64,000 nt of DNA from Vulcanococcus sp. (GTDB lineage Bacteria; Cyanobacteriota; Cyanobacteriia; PCC-6307; Cyanobiaceae): NCBI RefSeq assembly GCF_049418265.1, contig NZ_JBMSIW010000001.1; one strand, written 5' to 3'. How positions within the stretch are numbered: position 1 is the first letter of the stretch; every line of letters begins with the position of its first letter. The notes beneath the pieces were generated by a model, which saw nothing but the letters and a program-made list of their open reading frames with translations, ran no database searches and was not told the origin of the DNA. Shown here piece after piece: positions 55,817-64,000 of this stretch. Both the position numbers and the translations under genes were made by a program.

Positions 55817-58800
55817 ATGACCCGGTCCGATCAGACCCGCATGGCGCCCCCTGGCTGGCGGTTTTGGATCGATCGCGGCGGCACCTTCACCGACCTGGTG
55901 GCGCGCAGTCCCAGTGGTGAGCTGCAGGTGCGCAAGGTGCTCTCGGAGCAACCCGATCGACCCGGCGATCCTGCGGTGCGCGAGATCCGCGACTGGCTCG
56001 GATTCGGCGGCTCCAGCGCTGAGATTCCACCGGCCTTGGTGGAGGAGGTGCGGCTGGGCACGACGGTGGCGACCAATGCCTTTCTGGAGCGCAAGGGATC
56101 CCCCACCCTGCTGCTGGTGAACGAGGGCTTGGCGGATCTGCTGTCCATCGGTGATCAGCACCGCCCGGATCTCTTCGCCCTCGACATTCAGCGCCCGCAG
56201 CCCTTGCAGCGCTGGGTGATCGAGGTGAGCGGCCGGTTGGATGCCCAGGGCCTGGAGCTGCAGCCCTTGCGGCTGGATCAGAACCTGCACCAAGCCGTCG
56301 CCCAAGCCCGCTCGGATGGCGCCCGCAGCGTCGCCGTTGCTCTGTTGCACAGCACCCTCAATCCGAGGCATGAGCGTGAGCTCGGCTCCTGGCTTGAGAC
56401 GTTCGGCTTTGAGCAGATCGCGCTGTCCCATCGGGTCAGTCCCTTGCCGCGCCTGGTGCCCCGCGCTCAGACCACGGTCCTGGAGGCATCGGTGGGGCCA
56501 GTCCTTGGCCGCTATCTCGGCCAGCTCGAGCAGGCCCTCGGCCCCCATGTCCCGCTGCGGGTGATGCAGTCCAGTGGGGTTCTGGCGGCCCCCGGCGAAC
56601 TGCGGGCCAAGGACACGATCCTTTCGGGCCCGGCCGGGGGGCTGGTGGGTGCGGTGCGCACGGCCGCGGCGGCGGGCTTCGGCCGCATCGTCGGCTTTGA
56701 CATGGGCGGCACCTCCACGGATGTCTGCTACTGCGAGGGCCCCTGGCCGCGGCGCGAGCAGGTGGAGCTGGCGGGGTTGCCGATCCAGGCCCCCATGCTC
56801 GACATCCACACCGTGGCGGCGGGTGGAGGTTCGCGCCTGCAGTTCGATGGGCAGCGCCTACGGGTCGGTCCGGAATCCGCCGGCGCGGATCCAGGACCCG
56901 CCTGTTACCGCCGCGGCGGTCCCTTGACGATCACCGACGCGAACCTGCTGTTGGGGCGCCTCAGGGCCGAGCAGTTCCCGGCCGTCTTTGGCCCGGGCGC
57001 TGATCAACCCCTCGATGGCCAGGTGGTGCGCGAGCAGTTCGCGGAGCTTGCGGCGCGCCTGGGCTGCAGCGCCGAGGAGGCCGCCGAGGGGGCCTTGGCG
57101 GTGGCCCTGGAACACATGGCTGAAGCGATTCGGCGGATCTCGATCCAGCAGGGTCACGACGTCCGCGAAGCCGTGCTCTGTTGTTTCGGCGGAGCCGGCG
57201 GTCAGCACGCCTGCGCGTTGGCCGAGCAGCTGGGGATGACGAAGGTGTTGTTGCATCCCCTGGCGGGGGTGCTGTCTGCCTATGGGATCGGTCTGGCCGA
57301 TGAAGGGCAGCTGTTGGAGCAGGCCGTCGGTAGCCCCCTGCAGCCGTTCCTCCTGAAGGAGTTAGAGCGTCGGGCCGCGGCACTGCTGGCAGCGGGACAA
57401 GGGAGCCGGCCTCCCCGCGTGCGGCGTTGGTTGCAGCTGCGTCTGGCGGGCCGCGATCAAACCCTGCCGGTGGCCTGGCCTGAGGGCTTCCCACAGGTCG
57501 AGCCCTTGCAGGAGCAGTTCCTGGCGCAGTTCCAGGCGCGCTATGGCTACCGGCCGCGTGCCCTCGCAGGTCAGCCCCTGGAGTTGGTGGTGGATCGCTT
57601 CACCGTTGAACTCACCTGGCCGGGCGAGCCCCTGGCCCTCGCCACGGCTCCCCCAGCGGCTGGGGCCGCGAGTCATGAGCACGTCCCCATTTATGTCGAT
57701 GGGAGCTGGATGCAGGCCAGCCTCTGGCAGCGGCAGCAACTGCTGCCAGAGCAGTGCATCGAGGGGCCTGCCTTGCTTTGCGAGCCGACGGGCACCAATT
57801 GGCTCCCTCCGGGTTGGCAAGCCCGCTGCCTTCCCGGGGGTGAGTTGCTCTTGAGCCGTGAGACGTCGACCCAGCCAGAGCCGTGCGCCGCGCTGGGCAG
57901 CACCAGCGCTGATCCCGTCAGCTTGGAGCTCTTCAGCCATCGCTTCATGGCGATCGCCGAGCAGATGGGCACCCGCCTGCAGCAGACCAGCGTCTCGGTG
58001 AACATCAAGGAACGCTTGGATTTTTCCTGCGCCCTCTTTGATGGCCAGGGCCGGCTGGTGGCCAATGCCCCGCACATTCCGGTGCACCTGGGATCCATGG
58101 GGGAGAGCGTGGTGGCCCTGCTGCGGGCCGTGGAGCGCGGCGCGTTGGATCCCCTGGCCCCCGGGGATGCGGTGGTCTCCAACAACCCCTTCAACGGCGG
58201 CACCCACCTGCCAGATCTCACCTTGATTTCGCCGCTGTTTGCGGCCCCTGGAGAGAGCGCCCCGATTGCCTTTGTGGCCTCCCGCGGACACCACGCCGAT
58301 GTGGGTGGCATCAGCCCCGGTTCCATGCCGGCCGTCAGCAGCTCCATCGAGGAGGAGGGTCTGCTGCTCGACAACGTGCCGCTGGTGCGTGGCGGAGAGC
58401 TGTTGGAGGGCCCCTGGCGGGAGCGGCTGGCTCGCGGCCCCTGGCCGGTGCGCAATCCCGATCAATTGCTGGCGGATCTGCAGGCCCAGCTGGCCGCGAA
58501 TGATCTGGGGGTGCAGCGGCTGCAGGCCCTGATGAGGGCGGAGGGGCAGGAGCGGGTCTTGGCCTTCATGGCCCACGGCCAAGCCCAGGCGGCTGAGGCG
58601 GTGCGGCGGGTCCTGGATCGCCTCCACGATGGCGAAGCCTGCGTCGCGCTCGACGACGGCCTGCAGATCGCCGTGCAGCTCCGCATCGATCACCAGCAAC
58701 GCCGGGCCCGCCTTGATTTCAGCGGTACCTCACCCCAGCAGCCCAGCAACCTCAACGCACCGCTCTCGATCACGAAGGCCGTGGTCCTTTACGTCTTCCG

Positions 58801-59455
58801 TTGCCTGGTCCAGGAGCCGATTCCCCTCAACGCCGGTTGTTTTGAGCCGCTTGAGCTGGTGGTTCCGGAAGGCTGCCTGCTGCATCCCCGGCCGCCGGCA
58901 GCGGTGGTGGCGGGCAACGTCGAGACCTCCCAGGCTCTGGCCAATGCGCTCTTTGCCGCGGTCGGTGCCCTGGCGGCCTCCCAGGGCACCATGAACAACC
59001 TCAGCTTCGGCAACGATCGCTGTCAGTACTACGAGACCATCTGCGGAGGCACCGGCGCGGGGCCAGGCTTTGCCGGTGCCGATGCGGTGCAGTCCCACAT
59101 GACGAACTCGCGGCTGACCGATCCGGAGATCCTTGAGCAGCGCCTGCCGGTACGGCTTGAGCGCTTCGCGATTCGCAGGGGCAGTGGCGGCCTTGGCCAG
59201 TGGCCGGGGGGGAGTGGGGTGCTGCGGGAGCTGCGGGCCCTGGAGCCGCTGAGTGCATCGCTCCTGAGTGGTAGCCGTGTGGTGCCGCCGTTTGGCCTGG
59301 CCGGCGGCGGGGCCGGGGCCTGCGGCCAGAACCGGCTGCTCCGCGCCGATGGCACCACGCTGGAGCTCCCGGGTTCGGTGCAGCTCGAGCTCCAGAGCGG
59401 TGATCGTCTCTGCATCGCGACCCCCGGCGGCGGTGGCTACGGAGCCTTGCCGTGA
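55817..59455 (+). CDS. oplA: ATP-dependent 5-oxoprolinase (fused hydantoinase A/B)
   Basis: IDRGGTFTD, SGPAGG, DMGGTSTD, NIKERLDFSCA, HLGSM, TPGGGGYG. Confidence 0.92.
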   Translation: MTRSDQTRMAPPGWRFWIDRGGTFTDLVARSPSGELQVRKVLSEQPDRPGDPAVREIRDWLGFGGSSAEIPPALVEEVRLGTTVATNAFLERKGSPTLLLVNEGLADLLSIGDQHRPDLFALDIQRPQPLQRWVIEVSGRLDAQGLELQPLRLDQNLHQAVAQARSDGARSVAVALLHSTLNPRHERELGSWLETFGFEQIALSHRVSPLPRLVPRAQTTVLEASVGPVLGRYLGQLEQALGPHVPLRVMQSSGVLAAPGELRAKDTILSGPAGGLVGAVRTAAAAGFGRIVGFDMGGTSTDVCYCEGPWPRREQVELAGLPIQAPMLDIHTVAAGGGSRLQFDGQRLRVGPESAGADPGPACYRRGGPLTITDANLLLGRLRAEQFPAVFGPGADQPLDGQVVREQFAELAARLGCSAEEAAEGALAVALEHMAEAIRRISIQQGHDVREAVLCCFGGAGGQHACALAEQLGMTKVLLHPLAGVLSAYGIGLADEGQLLEQAVGSPLQPFLLKELERRAAALLAAGQGSRPPRVRRWLQLRLAGRDQTLPVAWPEGFPQVEPLQEQFLAQFQARYGYRPRALAGQPLELVVDRFTVELTWPGEPLALATAPPAAGAASHEHVPIYVDGSWMQASLWQRQQLLPEQCIEGPALLCEPTGTNWLPPGWQARCLPGGELLLSRETSTQPEPCAALGSTSADPVSLELFSHRFMAIAEQMGTRLQQTSVSVNIKERLDFSCALFDGQGRLVANAPHIPVHLGSMGESVVALLRAVERGALDPLAPGDAVVSNNPFNGGTHLPDLTLISPLFAAPGESAPIAFVASRGHHADVGGISPGSMPAVSSSIEEEGLLLDNVPLVRGGELLEGPWRERLARGPWPVRNPDQLLADLQAQLAANDLGVQRLQALMRAEGQERVLAFMAHGQAQAAEAVRRVLDRLHDGEACVALDDGLQIAVQLRIDHQQRRARLDFSGTSPQQPSNLNAPLSITKAVVLYVFRCLVQEPIPLNAGCFEPLELVVPEGCLLHPRPPAAVVAGNVETSQALANALFAAVGALAASQGTMNNLSFGNDRCQYYETICGGTGAGPGFAGADAVQSHMTNSRLTDPEILEQRLPVRLERFAIRRGSGGLGQWPGGSGVLRELRALEPLSASLLSGSRVVPPFGLAGGGAGACGQNRLLRADGTTLELPGSVQLELQSGDRLCIATPGGGGYGALP

Positions 59456-61284
59456 GGATGCGCAGGCCGATCTTGATGGCGCTGTTGCTGGCAGCGTCTG
59501 CGCCGGGAGCCTCCGTGACGGCAGCTCCGGCGAATGTGCTGCAGGAGGCCGCCCAGCGCTTCCATCCGATCGAATCGGGCGGCGGCCTGGTGGCGGCCCA
59601 GGAGGCCAAGGCGGCGGCGGTGGGAGCTGAGATCTTGCGCCGGGGCGGCAACGCGGTCGATGCGGCCGTGGCCAGCTCCTTTGCCCTGGCCGTGACCCTC
59701 CCCCAGGCCGGCAATCTGGGCGGCGGTGGCTTCCTGGTGCTGTGGCTGCCGCGCAGCGGAGCGATCAGCACCTGCCGGGCCGCGGCCCGCCAGCCCTCGC
59801 TGCCTCAGGCCGTCTCCGTGGGGCGCGGTGAGGCGATCGCCCTGAACTTCCGGGAGATGGCTCCGTCGTCGGCGCGGGCTGATCTCTTCCTGAATCCCGA
59901 TGGCAGCGTGAACCGTGAGCGTGCCCTCCGCAGCCTGCTCAGCAGCGCCGTGCCAGGCACGGTGGCAGGTCTGGCTCAGGTGCAACGCCGCTACGGCTGT
60001 CTTCCCTGGGGTGCGGTGCTGCAGCCCGCCATTGATCTGGCGGAGCAGGGCTTCGTGGTGGGGGCGGAGCTCAGCGGGTCCCTGGAGGCCGCGGCACCGT
60101 TGCTGAAGTCCGATCCCACCAGCGCCCGCCAGTTCTTCCGGCCTGATGGCAGCCCTTACCGCCCCGGAGAGCGGCTGCGCCAGCCCGAATTGGCGTCCAG
60201 CCTGCGCTGCATCGCTCTGGAGGGTCCCGCTTGTTTTTATCGCGGTCGCCTGGCGCAGGCCTTGACCCGGCTGATGGCGCAACGGGGCGGCTTGATCAGC
60301 CGCGCCGATCTGCAGAACTACCGCGCCAGCTGGATGACGCCTCTGCAGGGGCGGTTCAAGGGCTATGGGGTCTTGACCATGCCGCCCCCCAGTGGCGGTG
60401 GCGTCACGCTGCTGCAACTGCTGCAGGTGCTCGAGCCCCTGAATCTGCAGGCCAGTGGGCTCAACAGTGCGGCCACACTGCATCCGATGGTCGAGGCCAT
60501 GAACCTGGCCTACCGGGATCGCAATCGCCTGCTGGGGGATCCCGATCAGGTGACGATGCCGCTCGATCGTCTCCTCAGTGCTCGCTATGCGAGCGAGCAA
60601 CGCCAACGGATCCGCGCCGATCGTCATCGCCCCGCGGCAGACCTCGAAGCAGAACCGAGTCCCGCCCTGGAGGGCACCAACACCACGCACCTCTCCGTGG
60701 TGGATCGCGATGGCGGTCTGGTGGCGACCACGACCACCCTCAACACGGCCTATGGCAACGGCATCACGGTGCCCGCTGCAGGCTTCCTGCTCAACAACGA
60801 GATGGATGACTTCAGCGCCAAGCCGGGTGCGGCCAACGCCTACGGCCTCAGGCAGGGGGATCAGAACGCCATCGCCCCTGGCCGCCGGCCCCTCAGTTCA
60901 ATGACGCCCACGCTGGTGTTTCACCCCGACGGTCGTCCGCTGCTGGCCACGGGCTCCCCGGGGGGCAGTCGGATCATCACCACGGTGTTGCAGGTGCTCC
61001 TCAATCGCCTCCTGCACGGTCTCAACCTGGCCTCTGCGGTGGCCATGCCCCGCATCCATAGCCAGCTCTGGCCCGATCAGATCAGCCTGGAGCAGGGCAT
61101 CAGCCCGGACACCTGGACCCTGCTGCAGCAGAAGGGCCACAGCCTGCGACTGGTGCCGGCCATGGGCTCGGCGAATTCCGTGGAGGTCCGCTACGGCGCC
61201 CCTAACGCTGATCGGCCCAGCGGCAGCTTCGGGGTGGCGGATCCACGGCGGCTCGATGCGGCTGCCGTGGCGGAGGGGCCTTAA
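59452..61284 (+). CDS. ggt: gamma-glutamyltransferase
   Basis: GGNAVDAAVA, catalytic TTHLSVVD, LNNEMDDF, PLSSMTP, GSPGGSRI. Confidence 0.95.
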   Translation: MRMRRPILMALLLAASAPGASVTAAPANVLQEAAQRFHPIESGGGLVAAQEAKAAAVGAEILRRGGNAVDAAVASSFALAVTLPQAGNLGGGGFLVLWLPRSGAISTCRAAARQPSLPQAVSVGRGEAIALNFREMAPSSARADLFLNPDGSVNRERALRSLLSSAVPGTVAGLAQVQRRYGCLPWGAVLQPAIDLAEQGFVVGAELSGSLEAAAPLLKSDPTSARQFFRPDGSPYRPGERLRQPELASSLRCIALEGPACFYRGRLAQALTRLMAQRGGLISRADLQNYRASWMTPLQGRFKGYGVLTMPPPSGGGVTLLQLLQVLEPLNLQASGLNSAATLHPMVEAMNLAYRDRNRLLGDPDQVTMPLDRLLSARYASEQRQRIRADRHRPAADLEAEPSPALEGTNTTHLSVVDRDGGLVATTTTLNTAYGNGITVPAAGFLLNNEMDDFSAKPGAANAYGLRQGDQNAIAPGRRPLSSMTPTLVFHPDGRPLLATGSPGGSRIITTVLQVLLNRLLHGLNLASAVAMPRIHSQLWPDQISLEQGISPDTWTLLQQKGHSLRLVPAMGSANSVEVRYGAPNADRPSGSFGVADPRRLDAAAVAEGP

Positions 61285-61291
61285 CCCGACC

Positions 61292-62668
61292 TCAGGAGGG
61301 ACTGGCCTGCATCAGTCCCGGTAGCCAGGTCACCAGGGGTGGGAAGCAGAGGAGGAGCAGCAGCACCAGCAGTTGCAGGCCGATGAAGGGCCAGGCACCG
61401 CGGTAAATGGCTCGGGTGCTGACCTCCGCAGGGGCCACACCCCGCAGGAAGAACAGCGCAAACCCGAAGGGCGGCGAGAGGAATGAGGTCTGCAGGTTGG
61501 CGCCGATCACGACGCCGAACCAGAGCAGAGCATCGGGCCCCAGCAGTTGGCGGGCACTGGGCAGCAGCAGGGGCAACACGATGAACGCGATCTCAAAGAA
61601 ATCGATGAACAGGCCGAGCACAAAGATCAGAGCCATGCTCACGGCCAGAAAACCCACGGTGCCGCCCGGCAGATTCAGCAGCACGTCGCTGATCAGCTGA
61701 TCACCGCCGACGCCGCGGAACACCAGGCTGAAGGCCGTGGAGCCCAGCAGGATCGCCATCACCATCGCGGTGGTGCGCAGGCTGTCATCGCAGACCTGCT
61801 TGAGGCTGCTGCGGCTGAAGCCCCCATCGAGGGCCGCCAGTCCCATGGCGCCGATGGCGCCGATGGCGCCGGCTTCCGTCGGGGTCGCCAGGCCGAAGAA
61901 GATGCTGCCCAGCACCAGCAGAATCAGACCCAGGGGTGGCACGACCACCCGCAACAACCGCGCGGCGGAGAGGGGCTCCTCCGCGTTAATCGATGCGGCT
62001 GGCGCTAATTCCGGTTTCAGGCTGCTGATCACCACCACGTAGAGGGCGAAGGCCCCGGTCATCAGCAGCCCCGGGATCACCGATCCCATGAAGAGATCGC
62101 CGACCGAGACCCCCAGTTGATCGCCCAGCACCACCAGCACGAGGCTGGGCGGAATGATCTGTCCGAGGGTGCCGGAGGCGGCGATGACTCCGGTGGCCAG
62201 AGAGCGGTCGTAGCCCGCCCGCAGCATCACCGGCAGGGAGATGAGCCCCATGGTGGTCACCGTGGCCGCCACCACCCCCGTGGTCGCCGCCAGCAGGGCG
62301 CCCACCAGCACCACCGCCAGAGCCAGGCCGCCGCGGATGCCCCCCAGCAGCCGCCCCATCGTCACCAGCAAGCGCTCGGCGATGCCGGACTTCTCGAGCA
62401 TCGCCCCCATGAAGACGAAGGCGGGGATGGCAAGCAGCGTGAAGTTGCTCATGATCCCGAAGATCCGCTGGGGCAGGGCGCTCAGGAACTGCGGCTCGAT
62501 CACCCCGAAGGCCATACCCAGCAGGGCAAAGAGCACGGAGATGCCCCCCAGGCCGAAGGCGACCGGATACCCGCTCAGCAACGCGGCGACCAGCGCCAAA
62601 AACATCGCCGGGCCCAGAATTTCGCCGGGCAGGATCGTCAGGATGTAGCCGAAGGCTTCCAGTTCCAT
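61292..62668 (-). CDS. TRAP transporter large permease (DctM)
   Basis: LLAIPAFVFMG, SGTLGQIIPPS, ATPTEAG, TSFLSPPFG. Confidence 0.93.
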   Translation of the reverse strand: MELEAFGYILTILPGEILGPAMFLALVAALLSGYPVAFGLGGISVLFALLGMAFGVIEPQFLSALPQRIFGIMSNFTLLAIPAFVFMGAMLEKSGIAERLLVTMGRLLGGIRGGLALAVVLVGALLAATTGVVAATVTTMGLISLPVMLRAGYDRSLATGVIAASGTLGQIIPPSLVLVVLGDQLGVSVGDLFMGSVIPGLLMTGAFALYVVVISSLKPELAPAASINAEEPLSAARLLRVVVPPLGLILLVLGSIFFGLATPTEAGAIGAIGAMGLAALDGGFSRSSLKQVCDDSLRTTAMVMAILLGSTAFSLVFRGVGGDQLISDVLLNLPGGTVGFLAVSMALIFVLGLFIDFFEIAFIVLPLLLPSARQLLGPDALLWFGVVIGANLQTSFLSPPFGFALFFLRGVAPAEVSTRAIYRGAWPFIGLQLLVLLLLLCFPPLVTWLPGLMQASPS

Positions 62669-62671
62669 GGG

Positions 62672-63184
62672 CTAGCGGCGCAGGCTTCGGCGCAAGCGCA
62701 GGGCCGCCGCCAGACCCTGCAGAGCCAGCAAGGCAAAGCCCAAGGGGATCAGCGCTTTCACCCAAAAGCGGGGCAGTCCGCCGGGATCCGGGGAAGCCTC
62801 CTGGATCAGGAACGACTGCCAGGCCGGTTGCAGCGACACCAGCAGGACCATCAGGCAGAAGGGGAGCAACAAACCGAGGGTTCCCCCGAGTTCCACCTGC
62901 TGTTGGCGGCGCTTGGACCAGCGGCTGTGGAGCACGTCCACGCGCACATGGCCGTCCCGTTGCAGGGTCCAGCCAAGGCCAAGCAGAAAGGCCAGCGAAA
63001 ACAGGTACCACTGGGCCTCCAGCAAGGCGTTCGAGCTCAGGCTGAGCCCCAGCGCCAGACCCAGGAAGCGGCCGATGACGTTCCAGGCTCCGATCGCCAG
63101 CATCACCAGGATCGACCAGCTGCCAAGCCAGCCGGCCCAGCGGTTGAGGCGGTCAATGCCCTCCGGCAGATCAGGGCGGTTCAT
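62672..63184 (-). CDS. TRAP transporter small permease (DctQ)
   Basis: [22 protein letters not shown]. Confidence 0.9.
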   Translation of the reverse strand: MNRPDLPEGIDRLNRWAGWLGSWSILVMLAIGAWNVIGRFLGLALGLSLSSNALLEAQWYLFSLAFLLGLGWTLQRDGHVRVDVLHSRWSKRRQQQVELGGTLGLLLPFCLMVLLVSLQPAWQSFLIQEASPDPGGLPRFWVKALIPLGFALLALQGLAAALRLRRSLRR

Positions 63185-64000
63185 GGCTCAGCAGCGCCTG
63201 AACCGAGCTGGCCAAAGCTGAACTGGTCATAGGGCAGCTGGTTGATGCGGTTCCAGTTCCAGATCTGCTGGCGGAAGCCGCTCCACTGCTCGTAGACCCG
63301 CCTGAAATCGCCGCTGCCGCGAGCGCTGTCCGCGAAGAGTTGATCGGTGGCAGCGCGGGCAGCCTTCAAGATGCCCTCGCCGTAGAACCGCAGTTGGGTG
63401 CCACCGCTGACGAGCCGCTCCAGGGCGGCGCCGTTGAGGCTCTCGTAGCGGCTGAGCATGGCCAGGTTGGCCTCGTAGCAGGCCGTACTGAACATCGCCT
63501 TGTACTCCTGGGGCAGCTTCCGCCAGGCCTGCTGGTTCACCAGGGCAGCCAGGGTGGGACCCGGCTCCCACCAGCCCGGGTAGTAGTAGAAGCGGGCCGC
63601 CCGAGGCAGTCCCAGCTTTTCGTCGTCGTAGGGCCCCGTCCATTCGGCTGCATCGATGGCACCGCGATCGAGGGCCAGGTAGATCTCCCCGCCGGGGAGC
63701 ACCTGCACGTTCACCCCCAGGGAGGCCATCACCTTGCCGCCAAGGCCGGGGATGCGCATCTTCAGGCCCCGCAGGGAGGTCAGGCCCGCCAGTTCCCGTT
63801 TGAACCAGCCACCCATCTGGGCGCCGGTGTTGCCGGCCGGGAAGCTGATCACCCCAAAGTCGCCGTAGAGGCGGTTGATGGCGTCATTGCCCCCGCCGTC
63901 GTAGAGCCAGGCGTTCTGCTGCTGGGCCGTCAGACCGAAGGGCACGGCCGTGCCAAAGGCCAGGGCGGGGTTTTTGCCGACGTAGTAGTAGCTCGAGGTG
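63181..64000 (-). CDS. TRAP transporter substrate-binding protein (DctP/TakP type), 5'-truncated by window edge
   Basis: [41 protein letters not shown]. Confidence 0.92.
   Translation of the reverse strand, partial: TSSYYYVGKNPALAFGTAVPFGLTAQQQNAWLYDGGGNDAINRLYGDFGVISFPAGNTGAQMGGWFKRELAGLTSLRGLKMRIPGLGGKVMASLGVNVQVLPGGEIYLALDRGAIDAAEWTGPYDDEKLGLPRAARFYYYPGWWEPGPTLAALVNQQAWRKLPQEYKAMFSTACYEANLAMLSRYESLNGAALERLVSGGTQLRFYGEGILKAARAATDQLFADSARGSGDFRRVYEQWSGFRQQIWNWNRINQLPYDQFSFGQLGSGAAEP

Overview
High-GC picocyanobacterial chromosome segment (Synechococcus/Cyanobium cluster 5 type), identified by the Prochlorococcus/Synechococcus hyperconserved protein between tRNA-Trp and tRNA-Asp plus ycf4, petM and ycf39. 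Most of the window is housekeeping: ilvN, trm1, infA, NTRC-type trxB, pntAB, dxr, cysS, polA, gltX, rplS, map, ebsA, yajQ, 5-oxoprolinase, ggt and a TRAP transporter. The main exception is a ~20 kb, visibly lower-GC block between cysS and polA. It encodes an AraC regulator, a type I secretion module (HlyD, HlyB-type ABC transporter, PpiC foldase, small DUF6447-like protein), a 1277-aa protein with five cadherin-like repeats and two cohesin-like domains, and a divergent 3097-aa protein. That giant protein has two intact animal-type heme peroxidase domains, RTX Ca-binding repeats, a third cohesin-like domain and a C-terminal dockerin. I infer a candidate cellulosome-like (cohesin-dockerin) surface peroxidase complex, the most novel signal here. 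A small-ORF cluster at 4.8-7.3 kb also holds an NblA-like gene behind a canonical NtcA-activated promoter and a structured sRNA candidate resembling PsrR1. All family assignments are by motif recognition from memory; no searches were run.
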